This document shows, piece by piece, positions 47,507 through 60,717 of a DNA stretch of 64,000 nucleotides. Source of the DNA: Alphaproteobacteria bacterium (lineage in GTDB: Bacteria; Pseudomonadota; Alphaproteobacteria; UBA828); assembly GCA_963667705.1 (NCBI GenBank), contig OY763937.1, positions 3,594,948 to 3,658,947 on the forward strand, in the 5' to 3' direction. The stretch's first letter is position 1, and the number at the start of each line of letters is the position of its first letter. The notes beneath the pieces are model-generated. The model ran no database searches and was not told where the DNA came from. It worked only from the letters and a program-made list of their open reading frames with translations. The translations under genes were made by a program, and so were the position numbers.

Positions 47507-50500
47507 ATGGGACGCCGACCTCGCCGCTGGATGTGCCGCCTCGCGGGCCTCGCCCTGCTCGCGGCGGTGGCGGCGGGCCTGAGCGTGCCGACGCAGGCCG
47601 TGCTCGCGGCGCCCGAGGCCGAAACGGAGCTGGAGACCCTCCGCGTCGCGCGCGGCGATTCTCTCTCCCTCCTGCTGCACAGGGCCGGCATCGAAGCGGT
47701 CGATATCGACCGTATCTCCAGGGCGATCCAGAAGAGGACCAACCTGCGGCGCCTGCGCGCGGGCCGCGAGGTGCGGCTCCTGTTCAGGGTGGAGGGCGAG
47801 AGCCAGCGCATCCCGGTCGCGGTCAGCGTGCAGACCGGATCGGCGCGCTTCGTCGAGGCGACCCGCACCGCCGGGGGCGGCTATCAGGCGCGCCGCACCA
47901 GTATTCCCCTCGTCCGCCCGGTCCCGCTCGCGGAGGTCGCGTTCGAGCGTGACGGCCTTACCGTCACGGTGCGGCGCAACGAGACGATCGGCGGCATCCT
48001 GTATCGCCACGGGGTCGACGGCGAGACCGTCGACGCCGTCGTCAGCGCGCTGCAGACGAGATTCGATCCGCGCGGCCTGATGCCGGGTCACGCCATCGAG
48101 ATCGTGGCAGGCCGCGATGCGAAGGGAGCGCCCACCCTGCAGGGCGTCGCGCTCCATCTCGACGACGACGCAGCGGTGGCGGTGATCCGCACCGATGGCG
48201 GCGGCTTCGCCGCGCGCCGCACCACCGGCACCGCGCTCCGGGCCGCACGGCTCGCGCCCGAGTCTGCGCCGGCCACCGCCCCGGCACCGGCCTCCGTTGC
48301 GGCGCCCGCAACGGTTGCAGAATACGATCTGCCCCCGCAGAAGCCGACCCTTGCCGAGGCCGAGACCCCGGCACCCGCTACCGCACAGCCCGCCACCGCG
48401 CAACCCATCACTGCCGAGCCCGAAGGCGAGCAACAGAGCGCCGAAGCGCCCGCGAGCGAACCCGAGAGCGAACCTGCGCCGGAATCCTTCGCGCTGCGCT
48501 ACACCCTGCACGCCGGCAGCACGCTGCTGGACCTGCTGCTCGACGCAGACGTGCGCAGGCCCGAGGCGGTCGCCCTGGTGCAGAGCCTGCGCCGGGTGTT
48601 CAACCCGCGCCGCCTCCCCGCCGGCATCACCGTGCGGGTGACGAAGCGGCCGGTGCCCGGATTCGAGCCGCGCATCGCGCGGGTCGAGATCGAGCTTCCC
48701 CAGGGCCGCTACATCCAGGTGGAGCGGGGAGAGAAGGGACGCTTCTCGAGCCTGATCATGGACGAGCCCCCGCCACCGCCCGCGCAGCCCCGCGCGGTTG
48801 CCAAAGCCGGCCAGGCCGAGCGCCGCGACCAAGCGGCCGCCGCGAGCACAGCGCCATCGGAGGCCGAGCGCCACGACCAGGCGGCGGCCGTGAGCGCGCC
48901 AGCGCCCAAGCCAGAGCCGGAGCCCCTGCCGCCGTCCGCCGAGCTCATCACCATGCGCTCGGGCGATACCCTGATGGCCGTGCTGAGACGGCACGGGATC
49001 GACCGCGTGGAGGCAGACCGTGCCATTCAGGCGGCCCGCGAGCTGATCAACCTCCGGCGCCTCGGCATCGGCCAGGAAATCACCCTCGTCACCGGCACCG
49101 ACGAGAAGGGCGCCGACACGCTCCAGACCGTCGCGCTGCGCGTCGGCAAGGAGCGCTTCGTCAAGGTCAGCCGCACCGTCGGCGGGCGCTTCGAGGCGTC
49201 GCGGGTCGACCACCTCGCGCTCTCGGCGGCGCCGCTCCAGCTCACCGCCACGGCACACGCGACGCTGGACGGCGAATCGGGCCTCGACGGCACGGGCCGG
49301 GATTCGGTGAACGGCTACGGCGACGTGATGAAGGGGGCCTTCGTCTCGGCCGCCGCGCCGGTCACGCTGGCGCTCCCCGTTGTCGAGGCGGGACCGCCGA
49401 AGAAGCCGGTCCCCGCCCACGGCATTGTCAACGGCACCGCCAACGCCTCGGTCGACGACGACGACGGGCTGTTGCGCAAGGCGGTGGTCATCCGCAAGGG
49501 CGACACGCTCTCGGCCGCGCTCACCCGCGCCGGTGGCACCCGCGCGGAGGCGGAGGCCGCCATCGTCGCATTCCGCAAGGTGCACAACCCGCGTCACTTG
49601 CGCATCGGCCAGACGCTCTCGCTCGCGTTCGATCCGGCGAACGAGTCGAACGGCACCCCGCGGCTCGCGTCCTTCGCGCTGGACGTGGCGCCCAACCGCG
49701 ATGTCGTGGTCACGCGCGGGGACGACGGCATCTTCCTGCCGAGCGTGGTGGACCGGCCGCTCGACCGGGTCCTGCACAGGACCGTCGGCGCGGTCGACAG
49801 CAGCCTCTACGACGCGGTGCTGGCCGCTGGCATGCCGATCCAGACCTTCATGGAGATGGTGTACGTCTTCAGCTACGACGTGGACTTCCAGCGCGAGATC
49901 CAGCCCGGCAACCGCTTCGAGGCCCTCTACGAGGCGGCCTACGACCTGGCCGGCGACTTCGTCGAGAACGGCCCCCTGCTCTACGCCCGGCTGGAGGTCG
50001 GCGACCGCACGATCGAGCTCTTCCGCTACGAGCCCGACGAGGGGCCGGCGGACTACCTCGACGCGCGCGGCGAGAGCGTGCGCAAGGCGCTGATGCGCAC
50101 GCCGATCAACGGCGCCCGGCTCTCGTCGGGCTACGGCATGCGCATGCACCCGATCCTCGGCTACAACAAGAAGCACCTGGGGCTCGACTTCGCCGCGCCC
50201 ACGGGCACGCCGATCTTCGCCGCCGGCGACGGAACGATCACCCGCATCGGCCGCGCCGGCAACTACGGCAAGTACATCCGCATCCGCCACAACGGCACCT
50301 ACAGCACCGGCTACGCCCACCTCAGCGGCTACGCGAAGGGCATGAAGAGGGGCAAGCGGGTGCGCCAGGGCCAGGTCATCGGCTACGTCGGCTCCACCGG
50401 GATGTCCACGGGCCCGCACCTGCACTACGAGGTGATGCAGGGCGAAAGACGGATCAACCCGATGAAGCTCAAGCTGCCGACCGGCCGCAAGCTGAAGGGG

Positions 50501-50590
50501 GCGGAGCTCACCGCCTTCCAGCAGCAGGTTCAGAAAATCACGATCCTGCTCGCCGAGGTGCCGACGGCCACCCGCGTCGCCCGCCGCTGA
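47507..50590 (+). CDS. M23-family metallopeptidase with five tandem LysM/OapA-like modules
   Basis: 1027 aa; signal peptide; five about 50-aa LysM-like repeats (e.g. ITMRSGDTLMAVLRRHGIDRVEADRAIQAARELINLRRLGIGQEITLV), each followed by a short V.V..GG.F.A.R subdomain; Pro/Ala/Glu-rich linkers; C-terminal M23 catalytic domain HLGLDFAAPTGTPIFAAGDGTI..GYAHLS..GQVIGYVGSTGMSTGPHLHYEV. Confidence 0.85.
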   Translation: MGRRPRRWMCRLAGLALLAAVAAGLSVPTQAVLAAPEAETELETLRVARGDSLSLLLHRAGIEAVDIDRISRAIQKRTNLRRLRAGREVRLLFRVEGESQRIPVAVSVQTGSARFVEATRTAGGGYQARRTSIPLVRPVPLAEVAFERDGLTVTVRRNETIGGILYRHGVDGETVDAVVSALQTRFDPRGLMPGHAIEIVAGRDAKGAPTLQGVALHLDDDAAVAVIRTDGGGFAARRTTGTALRAARLAPESAPATAPAPASVAAPATVAEYDLPPQKPTLAEAETPAPATAQPATAQPITAEPEGEQQSAEAPASEPESEPAPESFALRYTLHAGSTLLDLLLDADVRRPEAVALVQSLRRVFNPRRLPAGITVRVTKRPVPGFEPRIARVEIELPQGRYIQVERGEKGRFSSLIMDEPPPPPAQPRAVAKAGQAERRDQAAAASTAPSEAERHDQAAAVSAPAPKPEPEPLPPSAELITMRSGDTLMAVLRRHGIDRVEADRAIQAARELINLRRLGIGQEITLVTGTDEKGADTLQTVALRVGKERFVKVSRTVGGRFEASRVDHLALSAAPLQLTATAHATLDGESGLDGTGRDSVNGYGDVMKGAFVSAAAPVTLALPVVEAGPPKKPVPAHGIVNGTANASVDDDDGLLRKAVVIRKGDTLSAALTRAGGTRAEAEAAIVAFRKVHNPRHLRIGQTLSLAFDPANESNGTPRLASFALDVAPNRDVVVTRGDDGIFLPSVVDRPLDRVLHRTVGAVDSSLYDAVLAAGMPIQTFMEMVYVFSYDVDFQREIQPGNRFEALYEAAYDLAGDFVENGPLLYARLEVGDRTIELFRYEPDEGPADYLDARGESVRKALMRTPINGARLSSGYGMRMHPILGYNKKHLGLDFAAPTGTPIFAAGDGTITRIGRAGNYGKYIRIRHNGTYSTGYAHLSGYAKGMKRGKRVRQGQVIGYVGSTGMSTGPHLHYEVMQGERRINPMKLKLPTGRKLKGAELTAFQQQVQKITILLAEVPTATRVARR

Positions 50591-50604
50591 GCCCTATACG
50601 ACCG

Positions 50605-50623
50605 AACAGGGTCGCGCCCTGTT
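50605..50623 (+). terminator. hairpin downstream of M23 peptidase gene
   Basis: AACAGGG-TCGCG-CCCTGTT 7-bp stem 15 nt after stop. Confidence 0.4.
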
Positions 50624-50682
50624 GCCGCATGTTCTCCCTGCTTACATGCAGTGCGGCTGAAGACTCCCCCACTTCACCCCGG

Positions 50683-50709
50683 CCCTCTCCGCCCCAGGGG
50701 CGGAGAGGG
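50683..50709. repeat. 27-nt perfect palindrome (REP-like) between convergent M23 gene and clpB
   Basis: CCCTCTCCGCCCC-A-GGGGCGGAGAGGG, 13-bp arms. Confidence 0.7.
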
Positions 50710-50733
50710 AGAGCAAAGCGGCGCAGCCTGCGT

Positions 50734-50762
50734 TCCCCCTCCGCCCATCGGGGGGAGGGGGA
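50734..50762. repeat. second related palindromic element
   Basis: TCCCCCTCC-GCCCATCGGGG-GGAGGGGGA; shares CCCTCCGCCC core with element at 50683. Confidence 0.6.
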
Positions 50763-50817
50763 CAGGGGGAGGTGGGGGCGTTCGGGCCGTCGTGATCACG
50801 TCAGGTCGAATAACGTT

Positions 50818-53421
<2,604 letters not shown>

Positions 53422-53530
53422 GTGCCGTCCCTCGCTGGCCATCCGCCGCCGAGAGCCGAACGCGGTCGCACTCTCATGGCCTTAGGCGAGGCCCGCAGCC
53501 GGATGCCGGGTAGCATAGCAACCGTTTCCT

Positions 53531-53558
53531 ATATGGGGTGCGGCGTCGCCACGGCAAG
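53531..53558 (-). promoter_or_regulatory. sigma32 (RpoH)-type heat-shock promoter for clpB
   Basis: Minus strand reads CTTGCC-N14-CCCCATAT (CTTG to CCCCAT spacing 16 nt), matching the CTTGAA-N13-15-CCCCATNT consensus, about 100 nt upstream of clpB ATG. Confidence 0.6.
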
Positions 53559-53671
53559 GGTGTCGCGCGGGCCTGAAAGGTCCCGCGCGCGTCAAAACAG
53601 GGCGCACACGCGGACGCACGTGTGGCGTCCGGGAGAGTCGAAAACGCTTCGCTTGAGCCGGAAAGGCCCGG

Positions 53672-54127
53672 TCAGGAGGCCTGGGGCGCCTGCTCCTCGA
53701 CCGCGGGCTGGGTGTCCTCGGCCGCCGCCGGCTGGGGCTGCGGCTCGGTGCCGGCCGCCTGAGCCGACTCGCCGTCGGCCTGCTGCTCGGGCTCGACGCG
53801 CTGCTGCGGCTGTTGCTGCTGCGGCTGCTGCTGCGACTGCTGCGGCTGTTGTGCGTGCTGGCGCTGCCCCCGCTGATCCCAGCCATTGGCGGCAACCACG
53901 CGGTAATAATGCTCGGCGTGCTGGAAAAAGTTTTCCGCGCCGATCCGGTCCCCGGCGGAGAGAGCGTCCTGCGCCAGAGCCTGGTATTTCTCGATCACCT
54001 GAAACGCGGTTCCGCGGATCTTACCCTCAGGACCATTGCTCTCGAAGGTAGACCCGCGTCCGTGAAAACCGGGGCGCCGTCCGTTGCCTCTATAGCCACG
54101 CGGGCGCTTGTTGTTTGGACCCTTCAT
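53672..54127 (-). CDS. DUF4167 domain protein with Gln/Pro-rich tail
   Basis: about 151 aa from internal ATG (MKGPNNKRPRGYRGNG..); FESNGPEGKIRGTAFQVIEKYQALAQDALSAGDRIGAENFFQHAEHYYRV matches the conserved DUF4167 core; C-terminal QQPQQSQQQPQQQQPQQ low complexity. Confidence 0.65.
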   Translation of the reverse strand: MKGPNNKRPRGYRGNGRRPGFHGRGSTFESNGPEGKIRGTAFQVIEKYQALAQDALSAGDRIGAENFFQHAEHYYRVVAANGWDQRGQRQHAQQPQQSQQQPQQQQPQQRVEPEQQADGESAQAAGTEPQPQPAAAEDTQPAVEEQAPQAS

Positions 54128-54347
54128 TCCGATCGCCTTCTGACCTTGCAGGCGGCTTGCTAGCACGCGCCGACTGCATCGGTTCCGGTCACGCTTGTCA
54201 GCATCTATTGCTGAGGAACTCGACGAGACCAACCAGCCGGTCAGGTGTCGCGAGTCCCGCAAACCCTAACCGGGATGGCGCGGTTTGCAACCCTAATTTT
54301 ACATCCGTTTCGAGACAGGCCGTATCATCGCTCAGACAGACAACCCT

Positions 54348-55228
54348 TCATACGGGTGAGAACCTCGAGTCGACTGCGTGCGCGAACAGCGCGCAACGTT
54401 CGACCCCGGCAAGGTCGCACCGGCGCCCGATCTCGACGAGTCGAGCGGTGCGGAACAGCGCCGCCACGTCGTCCGCCATTCCGGCGCCAAGTTCCAGCAC
54501 GGCGATCCCCTCCGGCGCCAGCAGGCGAGCGATCTCCGGCGCGATTCGGCGGTAGCAGGCGTAGCCGTCCACTCCGCCGTCGAGCGCGGCGCGCGGCTCG
54601 TGGCGGGCGATCTCCGGCGCCAGCGCATCGAGCGCGGATGCCGCCACGTAGGGCGGGTTGCTCACCACGATGTCGAAGCGCCCGGCGAGCGGCGCACCCC
54701 AGTCGGCGGCGACGAAGGCGGCGCGCCCGGCAAGCCCGTGCCGTCGCGCGTTGGCCCGCGCGAGCGAGAGGGCGGCGGGACTGATGTCCACGCCAAGCCC
54801 GAGAGCGCCCGGAAGCTCGCTGAGAAGGGCGACGAGCAGACAGCCCGAGCCGGTGCCGAGATCGAGCATGCGGGGGCGGGCAGCGAGGCCGGGTGCGTGC
54901 GCCAGCACCGCCTCGACCAGGGTCTCGCTCTCCGGTCGCGGCACCAGGGCCGCGTTGTCGATGGCAAAGTCGAGGCTCCAGAACTCGCGCCGGCCGGTGA
55001 GGTAGGCGAGCGGCTCGCGTCCGGCCCGGCGGCGGACGAGGACGTCGAGCCGCCGGGCTTCGCCCGCATCGAGCTGAAGCTCGCGCCCGGCAAGCAGCGC
55101 TTCGCGCGAGACTCCCAGCACGTGCTGCATCAGTACAGCAGCATCGAGGTTCGGCGTGCCGACGCCCGCCGCCTGCAGCAGCCGCGCGGTCGCGCCGAGC
55201 GCGGCGGCCCGGCTGTCGCCGACGGCGC

Positions 55229-55232
<4 letters not shown>
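54348..55232 (-). CDS. prmC: release factor glutamine methyltransferase
   Basis: 294 aa; [12 protein letters not shown] motif and IVVSNPPYV catalytic NPPY; ATGA overlap with prfA. Confidence 0.88.
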
Positions 55233-56313
<1,081 letters not shown>

Positions 56314-56317
<4 letters not shown>

Positions 56318-57567
56318 GGGGCGGGCGCGTAGCGCGCGAGACGGGTGGCGAGCTCGGCCTCGGGCGCCTCGACCTGCTCGCCGCTGTCGAGGTCGCGAAT
56401 CGTGACCGCGCCCCGCGCCATCTCGTCGTCGCCGAGGATGACCGCCGCCGCCGCGCCCGCCTGGTTGGCCCGCTTCATCCGCTTCGACAGCGAGCCCCGA
56501 TAGGTGAGCTCCACCGCGAAGCCCTCGTGCCTGAGCCGCTGTGCGAGCCCGAGCGCCGCGGCCTCGGCCCGCGCGCCCAGGGGGACGATGGCGATGGGGC
56601 GGGGCGCCGCCGCGGCCTCGCCCGCCAGCGCCGCCAGCCGCTCGATCCCGCCGGCCCAGCCGACACCCGGCGTGGGCGGCCCGCCCATGGTCTCCACCAG
56701 GCCGTCGTAGCGGCCGCCGGCCAGCACCGCGCCCTGGGCGCCGAGCGCCTCGGTCGTGAACTCGAAGGCCGTGTGGCAGTAGTAGTCCAGCCCGCGCACC
56801 AGGCGCGGGTTGCGGGCGAACGCGATGCCGAGCCCGGCCAGCCCCTCGCACACGGCGTCGAAGAAGGCCGCGGCCTCCGGGCTCAGGTGCTCGTCGATGA
56901 CGGGCGCGTCGGCCAGCACCGCGTGATCGCCCTCGTCCTTGGAATCGAGGACACGCAGCGGGTTGCGCCGCAGCCGCTCCCGGCTCTCCCCGGAGAGCGC
57001 GCCCTCGTGAGCCCGCAGATACGCAACCAGCGCGTCGCGGTAGCTGCGGCGGCTCTCCTCGTCGGCCAGCGTGTTGATCTCCAGCGTGACCTTCTCCAGC
57101 ACGCCAAGCGTCTCGAGCAGGTGTGCGCCGCAGGCGATCACCTCGATGTCGGCAAGCGGCTCGGGCGCGCCGATCAGCTCGACGCCGATCTGGTGGAACT
57201 GGCGCAGCCGGCCCTTCTGCGGCCGCTCGTAGCGGAACATCGGCCCGGCGTAGAAGCACTTGACCGGCCGGCCCTGGCCGAGTGAGCCGCCGATCACGGC
57301 GCGGGCGACGCCGGCGGTGTTCTCGGGCCGGAGCGTGATCTCCGCCCCGCTCCGGTCGGTGAAGGTGTACATCTCCTTGGTCACGATGTCCGAGGTGTCG
57401 CCGAGGGTGCGGCGGAAGACGTCGCTGAACTCGAAGATCGGCGTCGCGACCTCGGCGAAGCCGTAGCGGGCGGCGAGCGCGCGCGCGTGCTCCGTGACGT
57501 GGCGGTGGCGGCGCATCTCGTCCGCCGCGAGGTCGTGCGTTCCACGCACCGGCTGCAGTTTGCGCAC
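56314..57567 (-). CDS. hisS: histidine--tRNA ligase
   Basis: 417 aa; class II motifs ([14 protein letters not shown].., [25 protein letters not shown]); ATGA overlap with prfA start. Confidence 0.92.
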
Positions 57568-57674
57568 TGTCTGGGTTCCTGAACGGTGCCGGTCATGCCG
57601 CCGGCGTGGCGGCGGCGCCGGATTTACTGACTCGATTCGACGATCCCGGCAAGCGGCGGCGCGGCCGCCGGCGC

Positions 57675-59330
57675 CTATCTGGCGGTGGCGGTACCGGCGA
57701 GCAGGCGCTCGGGATCGAGAGCGATGTTGCGCAGGACCACGCCCACTGGCCCCAGCGCCGGCGCCGGCGCGTCGTCGACCCTGACCTTGAGGCCGCCGGC
57801 ATTGCCGGTCACCATGACCAGGCCGGGCCGGTCCGGCACGCGGTAGGAATCGCCGGTGTGCAGGATACGGGTCAGCAGCAGCTCGTTGTCGGGGCCCTGA
57901 ATCTGGACCCAGCTGTCGTTGACCGCCGTGATGACCACGCGCACATCGAGATTGCTGCGCCCGTAGACCTTGGGCACGTATTCCGGTTCGGGAGACGCGA
58001 CGAGCGTGGCGTCGCCGCTGTCGCCGCTGCCCGAGAGGCTGGCGCTCTGCTGCGCCGGCGCTTCGACCGCCGGCTCCGGCGCCGCGTCGACCGTCGCCGC
58101 CTGATCCGGTGCTGCAGCTTCGGCGTCCCGCGCCTCGCCGGAATCGGCACCGCCGGCGGAGGCGGATGCCAGATCGAGGGGCGCCACCATCGCCGGGCGC
58201 TGGCTGTCACTCTCCGCAGCCGGCCCGGGTGCTCCCGAAGCCTCGGCCGCCTCGGACGTGGCAGCCGGCGTGGAGGGCTGTGCCGGGTAGGACGGCGGTG
58301 CCAGCGCGGCCGGGTCGACCGGCTCGTCGGACGCCACCGCGGACGCGGCCTCGACCTTTGCGGGCGGCGGTGGGGCCGGCTCGCTCTCGGCCACCGGCGC
58401 CTCGATCGCCATCGCGTCCGTCTCGGCCCCGGAGACGGCCGCCGTCTCGACTTGCGACCCGGCGGCGGGCTCGCTCCAGTTCTCGGCCGCCGGCACGCCC
58501 TCCAATACCTCTTCGGTCGCGGCTGCGGCCGGCTCCGGCGCGACTGCGGCCGGCTCCGGCGCGGCTGCGGGCGCCGTCGGGGCGGGGTCGGGCTCGACCG
58601 AGGCCGTCACGATGGGCTCTGCCGGGGCGGGCTCCTGCGCAGCCTCGGGAACCGCGGGTGCCGGCGCTGCCTCCGGCTCCGGCGCTGCCGCAGCACTCTC
58701 CACCGGAGCGGGCGCCGCCGGGGCGGCTTCCGCCACAGGCGGCTCGGGCGCAGTCGTGGCGGTCGCCCCTGCCGCAGCCTCTTGCTGCGTGCCGTCGGCC
58801 GCCCCGAGACCCACCGCCTCGGTCAGCCGGGTCGACACGTCGGCGACCAGGTCCGTCGCGATCTGTCCGTCGGTCGACTGATACTGCCAGCCGCCGTAGG
58901 CGAGGCCGGCCAGCACGAGGACGAGGAGAACGAGCCAGAGCTTCGGCCTGGGGCTGTCGCGCGTGGGCAGGGGGAAGGCGAGCCGCTGCTCGCTCTTGTC
59001 GAGTCCCCGCTCGCGCTTGAAGGACTCGATGATCTCGTCCGGCTCGAGGCCGAGAAATCCCGAGTAGCTTCGCAGAAAACCGATCGCGTAGGTGTCGCCG
59101 GGGATTTCGTCGAAACGGCCGTCTTCGAGCGCCTGCAGATAGTGTTCCTGAATCCGCAGCACGCGCGCGGCGTCGGCGACGCTGTAGCCGCCCCTGAGCC
59201 TCGCCTCGTGCAGCACCGTGCAGACGCTGGGGACGGGATTGTTGTCCTCGCCGTCCGCTTCGTGAACGAGGCGTGGTCCACCCAACTCAGGTTCGCTCGA
59301 TTCGAACGGCACCCGCAGAGGTTCTTTCAT
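57675..59330 (-). CDS. rodZ: RodZ-like cytoskeleton protein (HTH + TM + low-complexity linker + DUF4115)
   Basis: 551 aa; N-terminal XRE-type HTH ([34 protein letters not shown]), single TM ([17 protein letters not shown]), about 300 aa Pro/Ala/Glu-rich linker, C-terminal DUF4115-like beta domain. Confidence 0.75.
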   Translation of the reverse strand: MKEPLRVPFESSEPELGGPRLVHEADGEDNNPVPSVCTVLHEARLRGGYSVADAARVLRIQEHYLQALEDGRFDEIPGDTYAIGFLRSYSGFLGLEPDEIIESFKRERGLDKSEQRLAFPLPTRDSPRPKLWLVLLVLVLAGLAYGGWQYQSTDGQIATDLVADVSTRLTEAVGLGAADGTQQEAAAGATATTAPEPPVAEAAPAAPAPVESAAAAPEPEAAPAPAVPEAAQEPAPAEPIVTASVEPDPAPTAPAAAPEPAAVAPEPAAAATEEVLEGVPAAENWSEPAAGSQVETAAVSGAETDAMAIEAPVAESEPAPPPPAKVEAASAVASDEPVDPAALAPPSYPAQPSTPAATSEAAEASGAPGPAAESDSQRPAMVAPLDLASASAGGADSGEARDAEAAAPDQAATVDAAPEPAVEAPAQQSASLSGSGDSGDATLVASPEPEYVPKVYGRSNLDVRVVITAVNDSWVQIQGPDNELLLTRILHTGDSYRVPDRPGLVMVTGNAGGLKVRVDDAPAPALGPVGVVLRNIALDPERLLAGTATAR

Positions 59331-59613
59331 GACTCGCGTCCCGCAACAGCGAGCGCACGCGCCTCCCCTCCAGCCGGCGTCGCACGCTCAGGCGCCAAAT
59401 TGCGATCTTCCGAATCGCTCCATGTTGTGTGCGCGCCACCGCCCAATTTCGCCGACTATTCCTCAACGTTACCGAGCAATGACGCGAGCAGTCACTCCCC
59501 CTTATGCTAATAGCTTGATTTGTTATCCTAACACCGCTTTTCGCGGCGTGCAAACATTCGGACATATGGTCTTGACATGACCTTTTAACCTCTATGCATG
59601 CCATGCTCGGGCC

Positions 59614-60717
59614 TCATGCCGTCGCCGGAAGCGGAGGACGCGCCGAGCCTGCGCGTTCGGCGCTCGCCGCGATTGCGTTCACGGCCTGTTCGATCAGCTC
59701 GTCCATGATCTCGCCGGTGGGCTGCTCCGCATTCACCATGCCGACGCTCTGGCCCGCCATCAGCGAGCCGTTCTCGATATCGCCCTCGATCGCGGCCCGG
59801 CGCAGGGCACCTGCCCAGAAGTGCTCGATCGCGAGCCGCGCCTCGGCCAGCTCCATCTCGCCGGCACGGTAGCGCGCGATGGTCTCGCGCTGAAACGCCT
59901 CGAAGCGCTCGGTCGCCCTGTTGGCAACGGCGCGCACGGGGATCACCGGGAATTCCGGGTCGACCTGCACCGAGAGCCGGGCATCGCGCGCATTGGCCCG
60001 GATCATCGCCTGCTTGAAGCGAGGATGGGCGATCGATTCCGTGGCGCACACGAAGCGCGTGCCGAGCTGGCAGCCGCTCGCGCCCATCGCCAGATAGAGC
60101 GCCATCGCATCGCCGCGCCCAAGGCCGCCGCCGACGAAGACCGGGACCGCGTCGAAATGCGGCAGCACCTCCTGGGCCAGCACGTTGGTGGAGACCGGGC
60201 CGATGTGCCCGCCCGCCTCCATGCCCTCGATGATGAGCGCGTCGACGCCCTGCTTGGCGAGCCTGCGCGCGAGCGGCAGCGTCGGCGCGAAGGCGACGAC
60301 GCGGGTGCCGGCCTCCTTCAGGGACTCGACCGTGCGCCTGGGCGGCATGCCGCCGGCCAGCACCACGTGGCCCACGCGGCGCTCGATGCAGGTGGCGACC
60401 AGCGCATCGAGCTCGGGGTGCATGACGATGATGTTGACCCCGAAGGGCTTGTCGCAGCGCGCGTAGACGCCGTCGATCTCTTCCGCAAGCTGGTCGGGCG
60501 CGAGCGAGCCGCAGGCCACGACGCCGAAGCCGCCGGCGTTCGAGATGGCCGCCACCAGGTTGCGCTCGGAGACCCACGACATGGCCCCGCCCATGATGGC
60601 GTAGCGCGTGCCGAGAAAGGCGCAGCCCCGCGCCCAGTAGGCGTCGAGCCGCTGCCGCGCGTGGTCACGCAACTCAGGGCTCACGGTCGTCGAGCCCGTA
60701 GGCCGCGTGAAGGGCAC
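59614..60717 (-). CDS. NAD(P)H-dependent flavin oxidoreductase / nitronate monooxygenase family
   Basis: 367 aa; LGTRYAIMGGAMSWVSERNLVAAISNAGGFGVVA FMN-binding start typical of NMO/2-nitropropane dioxygenase-like TIM barrels; 5' end overlaps lysC 3' end by 44 nt so true start may be downstream. Confidence 0.7.
   Translation of the reverse strand: MPFTRPTGSTTVSPELRDHARQRLDAYWARGCAFLGTRYAIMGGAMSWVSERNLVAAISNAGGFGVVACGSLAPDQLAEEIDGVYARCDKPFGVNIIVMHPELDALVATCIERRVGHVVLAGGMPPRRTVESLKEAGTRVVAFAPTLPLARRLAKQGVDALIIEGMEAGGHIGPVSTNVLAQEVLPHFDAVPVFVGGGLGRGDAMALYLAMGASGCQLGTRFVCATESIAHPRFKQAMIRANARDARLSVQVDPEFPVIPVRAVANRATERFEAFQRETIARYRAGEMELAEARLAIEHFWAGALRRAAIEGDIENGSLMAGQSVGMVNAEQPTGEIMDELIEQAVNAIAASAERAGSARPPLPATA

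Noticed and set aside
47303-50425. 1040-aa minus-strand ORF
   Set aside because: Antisense to the M23 peptidase gene. Low-complexity R/A/G-rich translation.
57606-59510. 634-aa plus ORF
   Set aside because: Antisense to rodZ, a read-through of its low-complexity linker.
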